Source: Trichomonas gallinae
Taxonomy: Eukaryota
Direction: 5' to 3'
Assembly (NCBI GenBank): GCA_008369845.1
Contig: MRSU01010797.1
Span: forward strand, 1 to 64,000
DNA: 64,000 nt
Shown here piece by piece: positions 53,535 to 64,000 of this stretch; the first letter of the stretch is position 1, and each line of letters begins with the position of its first letter. Position numbers and translations under genes: made by a program. Below the pieces are notes generated by a model that was not told where the DNA came from, did not search any database, and saw only the letters and a program-made list of their open reading frames with translations.

Positions 53535-55287
53535 ATGCCAAATGATATGCAAAAACTAAAATGAAGATAATTACGGCAAATATCAATTCAATATTAAGAT
53601 TGGAGCCATGAAATTTTACTGATTGATTTTGCTGATTGAATGAGTTCCTATTTAAATGTCATCATGGAAAATTTCATAATAAAAGAAGGGTATCCAATGG
53701 AAACATTTCAAATTGAACGTTTGATAATTATGTATTGTGCCATATTGGTTATATTTTTCTTGTGCTTAAGCAATAAAATAATATTAAAAATAGGAAATGA
53801 CAGCTTTGATAACTGCACTAGATTTAAAACAGTGAAACACTTTCGAATTATCAAATGAATATAGTCTTACTGTCAACACAATAGAAAGATCACAATAAAA
53901 ACCCACAGAAATAGGAAAAACTCAAACTATTTAATTGCGCTGAGATATTATTATCATTTTCTATATACTTGTGTTATTGCATCATCAGATTCATATGGTT
54001 CACAGGTTCTTGGCTAAACATATATAAGATAATAATGAAATTTTACGTATGTTCATACTTTATTCGCCTGTATATGAGTTTTAATTATTAAGATCTATAT
54101 TTATAGGCGTATTGAATCATTTGATTAATATAAAATTATATCTTATCATTCAAAAGCATAAAAATTTACATCAGCCACAATTTAGGCGAAACATCATTAA
54201 TAAATATGTTTTTCTTCCCTATTGGTGTAAAATCTAATGATCTGTAGGTAAAACTCAATGCGATTAACCAAATGTAAAACATCAAAATTTGATTCTTTTT
54301 TATGAACTTATTATCATGTGGAAAATGGATATATTCATGATTTCCATCATAGTGGTGGATCGGCATGATATTAATTGTCGAATATTGTCTTTTTTGATAA
54401 TGCTTTGGATCAGAATCTGCTTTTTAGAACCAGAGTTGGATGTAGAGAGATTATGTTTAATGTATATAACATATCATGAGCGATTATAACCCAAAATAAT
54501 GACATTTGAAATCGTTCAGGCATAATATCTTTGTTAAACTGAGCGAAAGGAAATAATAACCGATTCTATTATTTGTAATGATAAATAAATCTAGTAGATA
54601 ACAGTAAATAATAGCATTCCATGGGCTTGCAGATCTCATATTCAAATTTTTATTAGTTGAAACGATTTAAAAACCACATAATAAACATTATAAGCAATAA
54701 AACTTCTCAATTTGTTAATCATCATTGAATATTTTTTTTGATAAACTATCAAATTTTGTAAAGATAATTGAAAGCAGTAATTAATAAAATTAAGCATAAA
54801 ATTGGTTACAGAATAAAATTGAGCGAAGACATAATTAATTTTGAAAATTTTAGTAATTTTGAGGGGTTGTTTCAAAAAATTAACTGATAGAACTACTCAT
54901 TTTTGAAATTAATGTTGACTAACCTAATTAAAATAATTCTTATGAAAATTTTGAAAAACTTTTTTTGACATAATAATTTGCTATGCATATAAATATGATA
55001 TCTTATTCGATTGTCATAAAATTCTCAAACGTAATAAAATAACCAATACCATCTATCTATCATTATTACCATAAAATAACTGTCAATTGGAAAGTATTCA
55101 ATTTTTGAAAGGTTTAGTAGATAGATTCAAATCATACATTTTAATACAAATAATGATCGATGTAATACTTGAGAATTTCAATACTAAAATTTTGTATTAT
55201 TGAGATAATTCAAATATGTTATGCTCATATAACAATATAAAGCATGCTTATCAAAAAATATTAAAATTAAATTAATCATTTTTCTGA

Positions 55288-55710
55288 ATGAATTATTATT
55301 TACCCCAGTTTAACTACTATGCTCCTAAACAGAAACGGAACACCACGCAAAGCATCCGAGACAACGAGAGAACAATGGCTAGAGTCAAAAAGAATGGTTT
55401 TAAGATCGAATACGTTACAGCTTATATTGACAAGCAGTTTGGCACTCACGTTTCATCCGCAATACTTCTTACCTTCGCTCATACTCTATGCGAGAAATTA
55501 TCACTAAAATTGGATAGAATTGCTAAACGAAATAGAAACGCTTTAATTTGCTGGTATGCAGAGAACTGGGCAACTGTACAGCCACATCTTAGCGATCTTA
55601 CGTTACCAGAAAAGACTGAACAAAAAACAGACGAAACGAAAGATAAACTCAAAGAAGATCAGGATCCTTACGACATATCTACACTTCTCAATCATTGTGA
55701 GTCTAAGTAA
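55288..55710 (+). CDS. Small lineage-specific protein (LDRxAKRN...LxCWxAENW family), function unknown
   Basis: Clean 140-aa ORF with Inr TCATT about 10 nt upstream; the motif LKLDRIAKRNRNALICWYAENW is recalled as a trichomonad-expanded family. Confidence 0.8.
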   Translation: MNYYLPQFNYYAPKQKRNTTQSIRDNERTMARVKKNGFKIEYVTAYIDKQFGTHVSSAILLTFAHTLCEKLSLKLDRIAKRNRNALICWYAENWATVQPHLSDLTLPEKTEQKTDETKDKLKEDQDPYDISTLLNHCESK

Positions 55711-58288
55711 TACAATATTTTTATTTTGTTTGTATTTATTGCTAATAGATTTTAATTTCTTTTAAATCCATGGGCAGAATTAAATATGATTGTTATATTA
55801 TTATGTATATGTAATTTGTATTATTAATAAATATCATGTAGCATTCCTTTTATAAAAGAAATTAAATATTTTCAAATAATAAAATGTAGCCTTATGACCT
55901 TCGATATAATAATTATAATCGATGGTATTATATTCTATTAATGAATTTACATTTGTAAGTTCATTTTTTTGATAATTTTGAAAAATATTGGATAATTAGC
56001 TAGTAAGTTGCCTAATTAATAAGCATATGAGGGTATGCAGATAGAGTAGATGTGAATGCAAAGGTCTGGACATTGATTTATTGAGAAATAAATTTACTGA
56101 TCATCTACATTTCTGTCAATTTAAAAACTGGGATAGTTAATGGTTGTTAAATTATATATATTGAGATATAAACTCCATACGGATGATTATATACTATACG
56201 TTGATGTTTTCCGATAAAGTTTATTCAAATTCGGTTAATTATAAATAAAACGTTTTATAATAATTTTTGTAATATTTTTAAAGTGTTGATTTTTGAAAGA
56301 CTTCTCAAAATTGCGCTTTGAATATTCAATAATTTTTCAAAAATTGACTTTTTCTTCTGAAAAATTCCGTTTTGAAACTCTAAATATTTAGTCATTAACA
56401 ATATGTTAGCACAAAACAACTAATCATCCTTTGTATAGTTTACAATTAATTTCTAATCAAAATTGAGTTTCAGGTATAATTATGCAAAAATAATTCGTAT
56501 ATCATACATTTCCAAACATCAATCATATCAATGTAGACATAATATTCCGTAATTACTTCGTTTATTGTAATTTTGATGCATTATTTTATATTTCAAAAAA
56601 ATACAAAAGAATGAAGCATCAGCGAATATGGATCTTATTATGCATGTTATAACAATTTATTTATTCATTATTATTCACAGAAACTCCAGATTTTTACTCG
56701 ATTTTAATTAGATACTCGTATTTCCAAATTATAAAAAGAAGTTATTGGCTTCTATATTTGTTATCATTTGTTAATTTTGCGAATATTTTAAACAGAAAAA
56801 TTAATTTTTGTTTGGTCACTTTAATATTGAAAAATAATCATGTTTTGAAACAAACATAATGATTTGATTACGAATTTTAGTTGAAGAGATACACATTAAA
56901 ATTGAGAATTAGTCAGATAATCGATTTTACCATTAGGATTAAATTTTTGAATTCCTTATTAGGAGAATAAGCTGATTCGATACATAAAAAAATCAAAACA
57001 TGGTAAGGAAAAATTCGTTTTATCATGTTGTTGTGTTTGCTAAAGAACTGCACAGACGTCAATTGAAATGCATTTATGCAATTAATAGAATTATTTGATA
57101 AAAGAAGGATTTTTCTGTATCAATAAACGTCAAAACCGTTGGATCTCTCAATTTCGTTAAAATTTATCAATCTAGAAATGATCATTACATTAAACTGATT
57201 TGATATTTGCCAAAATTATCAAAATGTGATTGCTTTGAAAAAATTCAACAAAATCCTTCAATATTTATTGAAAGGAGGGATCAAATCAACGATAATGATC
57301 GAATAATGTGTGGAGTTAGACTGTAGACTGTTCAAATCTCTCATAATAATTAAAATTAAATGTTTTTTCAATAATTTTTCCCAAATCGATCTGTAACTAT
57401 CAAATATTTAAATACAAATCTATAAAATTGCCATTATATAACTAATTCCAAATGGCTTTTAAAATTACAGTCGAATTTGGAATTTGATAATTTTTCATCC
57501 TTCTCATTGAGCCTAAAATGCATTCGGCCACTCATTATATTTACGAATATGGCAGCGATATTAGTCATGCCCATAATACTCGAATTCGGTACCCCGTCAT
57601 GGATAAAACAATCTAATCTTCGATTATATGGTTATCTTCTGACCTAATAAGAACGAAAATATTAAGAAATTTGCAAATGAGGATAAAAGTAACAATATTT
57701 TAAACTTATTCATATCACAGTCACCATTTAGTGTTAAAATCTAAACATACATAACTAGTATATTTAATTCCAAATGTCTAAAAAAACCTAAAAGGGGTTA
57801 ATTTTGAGGAAACTAATCATCAATGCATCAAGCGATTTGTGATGCATTATCCTAATATTTTGGAAACATATAACAATATTATAATAGTTTCAGATTCAAA
57901 AAATCATAATATTAAATTCAAAATTTGAATTAACTATATTATGACATATAAACTTCACATTTGGTTTTCATTACGAATATTATTATGTAACATTTACTGC
58001 TATGAAATTAAAACAGTAAACAGAAAATTAACACAAACGAATTTGACTTCATGAACAGAATCATCCCAAAACTCATCGAATTCTATAATAATATGGTGAG
58101 TAAGATTAATTTTTATGCTTTTAAAGTCAAAATGATGTTTTCTGATTTGATCCAAATAATTTCACAAACATTTTTATTTTGAAGATGAAAAACAATGTAT
58201 AAGGATTGCAATCTCAACAGAAATAATAAGAATAGAATTAAAACTAATAAACAATTTATATATAATAAAAATAAATAAAAACAAAATA

Positions 58289-61200
58289 TTAAATTGCATG
58301 CCATATAGACAGCGATTTTGCTTCACCAGCAGCAATGATGAAATTAGGTAGGGCAGAGATGGTTTTAGCGTTAAACATTATCTGCAGAGATTTAACGTTG
58401 CCGAGGTCTGATGTCGAGAAAATAGAAATCTGCGAATTATCTGTTAATACACAGAAACAGTCCATTGTTCCGCAGACAGAAACAACTGAGCCTCCGAGGG
58501 ACATGACACAGCACGGACTGAATAAATCAGCGCGATCTAATACTGCCGAATATCCATTTGATGTGCCAACAACTAAAGCAACTCTTGTTGTGCAGAACCT
58601 CATTGAAAGAATGTCGCCCCATTCAGAAGGAATCTCTATGTGATGATTCCTGCGGGAGATTGTGTCGTATATGGCAATCTCTGATTTCACTGAGACTGCA
58701 ACTAAACTCTCTGACATCCATTCGACTGACAAAGGCTTTCCATGCAGTTGTATTGACAAGAATGGCTGGATTAATGTTTCTGCGATGTCAAAAACATAGC
58801 AGTGTAGATTATTTCCAGATATAACAGCCAGTCTGTCTCCTAGAGGTGAAAATGCTGCGCCAGAGATCTTCTCACCTGGAGCTGTGTCAATGAAAATGTC
58901 TGTTGTCTGGCCTCCGAAGTCGAAAAGTGAGATTTTTGATTGAGAAACAGCAATAAAATGGTTAAATATTGGATGAGGAATTAAATCCGTGATGTCACTA
59001 ATATTAATATCTCGCAAAATAGAAACGTCGAGCTGTGAGATATGAATAACAGCTATTTGTTGTCCGTCTGATATTGCGCAAACATCAGAATCGTGTGGAT
59101 TCATACAAAGTGAAGTGGCAATTTCGAATGGAGAAGCAATTGTATATGGATTGTCAAGCATTAGTCGTCCATTCCTGTATATAGCTGGGAAAGGAAGCTT
59201 GTTCGATGCTTTTTCGTGTGCCTCAGAGAAGACATTGGATGAAGACATGAACTCTTCTTTGACAACATCAGAAAGTGGCGAATTTTCTAAATTGTGCAAA
59301 GCGAAGTTCGGAATTAATTTCGCTGGTGCTCTCTGTGCGAGCTGGTAGAGCTCTAACGTCTTCAACAATGAATTAAATCTGTCATTCAAAAGATTAATGA
59401 AATCTGTTCTTGGTGTAAATCTTTGCGCTGTGCTGAAAATTCTCTTGAAGAGCAAAAACATAACTAAAAATCTTGAGCTTTCTATGTTGATCGAGTGACT
59501 GAAATCATCTCTTAAAAATGCCATAACAAGTGCAGGAACTGTATCTGGAAAATGCGGGTTACCAACGTCAACATCAAATAAAGAATTTCCATCAGGAATT
59601 TTTGTGATTTCTTTAAATTGCGCCTCGTCGTTTAATATTTGGTCTAAAAAGAATGGCTGGAAAGACCATGCTGCTGCAATTGCTGCACCAAAGAAGATGG
59701 AGTGAGAGTATAAATCTTTCGATAATTTTAGCAAAGCTAAAATGTTGAAGTTCACCTTTTCGTTGCAAATATACTGCGAAAGTTCTTGGCAGAGAGAAAG
59801 GATCGTCTTTGGCGATGCTGGAACTAAAGCAGACTTCAAATACATAGATCCGCACAAATCAATGAAATTAGATAAATGCTTTTTGACCAAATCTTTGTTC
59901 TCGCCATTTAACAATGGGAAAGCAACGTGTCTGTGTCCAAATTGCAATGCATAAAGTCCAGCTTCATTTGTATCAGTTGATTGTTTCTTTATGAAAAACT
60001 TCGAAAACTCATCAATTTGATGTAAGAAAAATTCGTTCAAAAGACCATAATCATTATTCAATTCTTCCTTTTCTTTCTTAACCATTTCTTCATCATTTTT
60101 CTCATCAACAATTTTTTCTTTTTGATCTTTTTCAGCTTTTTCATCATCAGTATCAGATGAATCAGAATAATCGTCATCATCCCAGTTGTCATTGTTTCCG
60201 CCGAAATCGAAGTCTTCGTCACTTGAAATACTTTGTATATCATGTTTATTTTCGACTTTTTCTTCTTGGATTTTTTCATTAGTTTGTGTGATTTCAGATG
60301 AATCGAAAGACACTGAAGTTTGTACTTGCCGTGTTGTTGGGAGCTTCATTATGTATTTCGCTAAAGGAGCGAGTCCATCATTGACCATGCTCAAAGCGAT
60401 CCTTGGGGCTGGAGAACTGTCACCTGTCAGTCTGTGATACAACTGATACAAAGCGATTCTTCTGTCGCCCATTGACGAGAAGTTCTGTGACAGGTTTAAT
60501 TCCATTAATAAAGGTTTTATCATTTCATCTATTTTCGTTGATCCTTGGAGCTTAGCGATCATTATAGGAATTGTTTGGTCATTCCATTTAACTGTCTCCA
60601 AGAACTTCTTCATTTCTGGTCCATCAATGCCTTTCTCTATCAATCTAATAACATGGAAAGCTAAAATTGGATCATTAAGTTTATCAACGCAAATCTGACA
60701 GCATGAAAAAACGTCACCAGCGACTAAGAAAAGCGCAGCACCCATCATAAAGTTCTGTCTAGACAAAGAACTGTAAGCATTCTTTAGGGCGAACTTGCGC
60801 CACTTGTCTTGCGAAAAGTCTTTGCCGAAAAAGTCGGACCTTTGTGTGTCGCCGAGTAATTCATATAACCTTTGAATCTTCTTTGTGTTTCCGAGTGCTA
60901 TGTACAGCAAAGCAACAGGATCTACCTTTTTCGTGTCAGACCACGTCTTGTTCAGTGCCTGGCGCGTTAACTCTTCTAAGATACTCTGCTGTTCTATTGT
61001 CACAGCCAGGAAAAACTTTGTCAAATCGTTGACGTTCAAACTCGGGCCGATTATTTCGGCGACAGTTGACTGCTTCGTCGAGTAAGAGAGCCAGAGACCA
61101 ATGAAAGGAGGCGGCCAGCTTGATGATCTGACTGCTGTGACGAATCTCATGGCGAATAAGTCTAAATCTCCGTGAATTGAAGATGTGAAATCGTAAAATC

Positions 61201-63325
61201 GCTTAACTTCGTCTGATACTTCTGTTTCGATATTTAATGCTGATGGGCTTGCATATTGGCCTGGAATTGCTGGTATTTGTTGAGGATTCATGATATCATA
61301 TCTGCCGATGCTTGAATATTCAAGGAGATGAGCGAATGTTAAGTCTACATGCTTCTTAACATCTACTGGTGGCTTAATTGTGCTCAATGGAGCAGGCATG
61401 AAATTATGAGAAATTCTTCCAGCTAAAGTCAGAAGAAAGTGTGAATCTTCGTCCATATAGCCGACATTGAGTGTGACGTCCGTTCTATTTGTGATTTCTG
61501 AATATTCAATTTTCTTCATCGCTGCAGAAATCTCAGATGTCCAAGTTGGAAAAAGAGACATAGAAGATTTCGAAATTGCAACGAAGTGGCCTGCGAAATT
61601 TGCAGCAACACTAGTTATATTTTTAAGATCTAAAAATGGAACAATTTGATTTTCGATTAAATAAACTCTTCTGTCATCAAATGTGAAAATTCTTGCTCCA
61701 AGCTCTGATAAATCGCAGTATAATCCGTTCATTTTCGCAAATTCGAATTTATATGTCATTTCGAACTTTCCATCAATGAAATGCCACATTTCAACATTTG
61801 GATTGCTTAAAATAACGAAACTTGTCAAAGAAAAGCAGCAAATCGCATCGATTTTTCCTGATCTTTGATCTACTTTCAAATTTATTGCTGTTGGGAACAA
61901 AAATGCTGATACTTGATCATCTGGTCTTGCAATGACGAAAAGAAAGTGGTTTTGATATGTTTTTGAATGAGAAAATGAGTTAAATAATCCAATTTCGAAG
62001 CTGTTTGACTTTGTGATAAGTTTCGAGCCACAGATAGCATAGATTTCAGCATCCTGAACGAAGAATGCTGAGCAATTTGAGATTTGTGGGAAATCAATTT
62101 GTTTTTGATTAAATTCAGCAACATCGATCGAATATAACTGATTTTCTTTAAGTATAACGATTGTATCCTTGTTGAGCCAATCAGCGCATTCGACGTTTGT
62201 GGCAGCTTTCCTTGCTGAAGAGTAAGGATTGTTTAAAGGCCAAAAAATCAAAGTTTTTTCTTCATCTCTTGTGAAAAAGTTGTCCGAAAACGGTGCAAAA
62301 GCACTCTGAACTACTGGTGACCTGTGGAAGAGAAAAGAGTTCTTTTTGTCCGAATAAACGCTAATTCCGTTATATTTAACTGTAATTGCCTCAGTTCCCT
62401 GATTTGTCTTGAAGGCTGATCTCAGACCCATAGCCACAATACCTGGCTGGTCTTGAAGATGGTTAAAAACGCTTTGCGCATTAGATGTAATAATTCTTCC
62501 TTTAGAATCGATTTTGATCTTAATTTTTTGTGCTTCTTTTGTCAAAAAGACTATTTTTGAATGCCGTTCAGCGTGCGTGTGGAAATTGTAAAGAGCTGGC
62601 GGTCTTACAAATCTGCCAGGAATAGGAACGGAAAGAATCGTTGAACACGAGTATTGCTTGTTGTATTCTTGATAGTAGATCCTCAGAGTTCCGTCTGATG
62701 TAATAACCATGAATATCGGATCAGTTGGATGAAATTCGAATTGTGAAACGTTTTGAGTGAATTTGAATACTTGTGGTACGAATTTTTTCGATTGCAGTGA
62801 GAATAGCATCAGTGATTTCGAGTAATTATGAGAAGCAAGCCGAGATCCATCATTAAAAAACTGACAAAATATAGATTTTGGGGCCAAACGTGTAGAAACT
62901 TCTTCGAAATTCGATACATTGCCGATAAATAGGCCGTTTTTGTTGGAATAACAGATTAATTGCCTCGCCGCACACCAAGAAATGTCAGAGAGCGGGTATT
63001 TCAGCTGTATTGTCTTCGTGTTCTGCCATGCTGAGTCTTGGTAGTGCCAGAACATCGTGTAACCCTCTACATCGCAAGATACGATATGAAGTCCTTTACG
63101 CTCAAACGATAACGTGCAAATTTCATGCTGGTGACCTCTAAGAATCGCTTTCAGGTACTTAGCACCAACGAGAACGATGATTAGATTGCCAGAAGCATAA
63201 GCCATTATCATTCCAACGTGGGAGTTCGAAAAAGACACTGAGCGTGGATGTTCTGAGTTTATTGGATAGCTAAAAGACATCGCATCTGAAATCTTGAGAA
63301 CAGAGGGGAAAATACTCCCGCTCAT
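58289..63325 (-). CDS. RAV1: RAVE subunit Rav1 / DMXL (rabconnectin-3 alpha)-like WD40 protein
   Basis: N- and C-terminal WD40 regions flank the Rav1_C-like motif FFGKDFSQDKWRKFALKNAYSSLSRQNFMMGAALFLVAG. Start may be ATG 63325 or 63379. Confidence 0.88.
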   Translation of the reverse strand: MSGSIFPSVLKISDAMSFSYPINSEHPRSVSFSNSHVGMIMAYASGNLIIVLVGAKYLKAILRGHQHEICTLSFERKGLHIVSCDVEGYTMFWHYQDSAWQNTKTIQLKYPLSDISWCAARQLICYSNKNGLFIGNVSNFEEVSTRLAPKSIFCQFFNDGSRLASHNYSKSLMLFSLQSKKFVPQVFKFTQNVSQFEFHPTDPIFMVITSDGTLRIYYQEYNKQYSCSTILSVPIPGRFVRPPALYNFHTHAERHSKIVFLTKEAQKIKIKIDSKGRIITSNAQSVFNHLQDQPGIVAMGLRSAFKTNQGTEAITVKYNGISVYSDKKNSFLFHRSPVVQSAFAPFSDNFFTRDEEKTLIFWPLNNPYSSARKAATNVECADWLNKDTIVILKENQLYSIDVAEFNQKQIDFPQISNCSAFFVQDAEIYAICGSKLITKSNSFEIGLFNSFSHSKTYQNHFLFVIARPDDQVSAFLFPTAINLKVDQRSGKIDAICCFSLTSFVILSNPNVEMWHFIDGKFEMTYKFEFAKMNGLYCDLSELGARIFTFDDRRVYLIENQIVPFLDLKNITSVAANFAGHFVAISKSSMSLFPTWTSEISAAMKKIEYSEITNRTDVTLNVGYMDEDSHFLLTLAGRISHNFMPAPLSTIKPPVDVKKHVDLTFAHLLEYSSIGRYDIMNPQQIPAIPGQYASPSALNIETEVSDEVKRFYDFTSSIHGDLDLFAMRFVTAVRSSSWPPPFIGLWLSYSTKQSTVAEIIGPSLNVNDLTKFFLAVTIEQQSILEELTRQALNKTWSDTKKVDPVALLYIALGNTKKIQRLYELLGDTQRSDFFGKDFSQDKWRKFALKNAYSSLSRQNFMMGAALFLVAGDVFSCCQICVDKLNDPILAFHVIRLIEKGIDGPEMKKFLETVKWNDQTIPIMIAKLQGSTKIDEMIKPLLMELNLSQNFSSMGDRRIALYQLYHRLTGDSSPAPRIALSMVNDGLAPLAKYIMKLPTTRQVQTSVSFDSSEITQTNEKIQEEKVENKHDIQSISSDEDFDFGGNNDNWDDDDYSDSSDTDDEKAEKDQKEKIVDEKNDEEMVKKEKEELNNDYGLLNEFFLHQIDEFSKFFIKKQSTDTNEAGLYALQFGHRHVAFPLLNGENKDLVKKHLSNFIDLCGSMYLKSALVPASPKTILSLCQELSQYICNEKVNFNILALLKLSKDLYSHSIFFGAAIAAAWSFQPFFLDQILNDEAQFKEITKIPDGNSLFDVDVGNPHFPDTVPALVMAFLRDDFSHSINIESSRFLVMFLLFKRIFSTAQRFTPRTDFINLLNDRFNSLLKTLELYQLAQRAPAKLIPNFALHNLENSPLSDVVKEEFMSSSNVFSEAHEKASNKLPFPAIYRNGRLMLDNPYTIASPFEIATSLCMNPHDSDVCAISDGQQIAVIHISQLDVSILRDINISDITDLIPHPIFNHFIAVSQSKISLFDFGGQTTDIFIDTAPGEKISGAAFSPLGDRLAVISGNNLHCYVFDIAETLIQPFLSIQLHGKPLSVEWMSESLVAVSVKSEIAIYDTISRRNHHIEIPSEWGDILSMRFCTTRVALVVGTSNGYSAVLDRADLFSPCCVMSLGGSVVSVCGTMDCFCVLTDNSQISIFSTSDLGNVKSLQIMFNAKTISALPNFIIAAGEAKSLSIWHAI

Positions 63326-63384
63326 GTTGATCTGACAAAAGTCGATGACGATAGGAAATTTTATTGATACAACAATCATCCGTC

Positions 63385-63724
63385 TGTCATGTAAATTATA
63401 TTTATGTCATGTAAATCATTGATAATTTTTGATATTTGTCATGTAAACTGCATTTATGACGTGTAAATTATCAATTTTTGGTATTTATCGTATTGATTGG
63501 TAATTTTGATATCTTTCAAGCAAATTGTCAATATTATTGAGATTTGGGGACACTAAGCCTTCCTAGCGGTATCATTCAACATTAAGCTTTAGATATAATA
63601 TTTATATGAGTTACATTTTGATATTTGTTCGTGTCTAAACGCAATATGATTTTTTGTTTCAAAATTGAGTTTTTGTCATGTAAAATTGAATTATTGACGC
63701 GTAAATTAGTTTTTGACATGTAAA
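63385..63724. promoter_or_regulatory. Cluster of seven TGWCRYGTAAA motifs upstream of the Rav1-like gene
   Basis: Copies start at 63385, 63405, 63437, 63457, 63674, 63695 and 63714. Confidence 0.55.
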
Positions 63725-64000
63725 TATTATAATTTTTTGGTTCTAATAAATCACTGATAAAAAATTGCAACTAGATTCCCAAAACCAATAAATATATCAA
63801 TTTCAACAAATAGAATATTGTTATCTAGCACACCATAACTAATATCATTAAAAATATCCAAAAATTTTTTTTTTTGTTTCATTATGAGTTTGATATAACA
63901 TATGATTGAATACAGTCTTTTTACTTCATAAACAATAAATGATTACACAGCAATTGCATCATCTGCATATGGATTATAATAAGGTTCTTCTTTTCTTCCA

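Noticed and set aside
3748..62124. Numerous antisense and alternate-frame ORFs of 60-200 aa inside long genes
   Set aside because: They are shadow ORFs arising from codon bias and low complexity, with no recognisable domains.

Overview
AT-rich, gene-dense eukaryotic DNA with no supported introns, very probably from a trichomonad (Trichomonas or a close parabasalid). The evidence is DUF3447/ankyrin and other Trichomonas-expanded families, plus core-promoter motifs (Inr TCAYW, AAAGTGAC, RCGGTT, CCTTT) just upstream of ATGs. There are about 23 intact single-exon genes: RING, TM9SF/EMP70, PDI-like thioredoxin, two RRMs, DRAM/Frag1-like, proteasome beta5, DOCK GEF, beta-helix protein, two DUF3447 proteins, Rab, SMC5, BTB, NUS1/NgBR, RhoGEF-Kelch, bromodomain, two membrane proteins, a large WD40 protein, an ABHD hydrolase, PMM, Vps11, a small lineage-specific protein and Rav1/DMXL. 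Three genes are disrupted: a MATE transporter cut at the left edge by a foreign hairpin-bearing segment, and two genes split by in-frame stops. The most striking unexplained signal is an 11-bp non-coding motif, TG(A/T/C)CRYGTAAA, found more than 20 times in phased clusters upstream of many genes. Several intergenic duplications and a dispersed ~115-bp repeat are also present. No rRNA, tRNA, CRISPR or transposase gene was found. All family calls come from motif recognition by eye, with no database searches.
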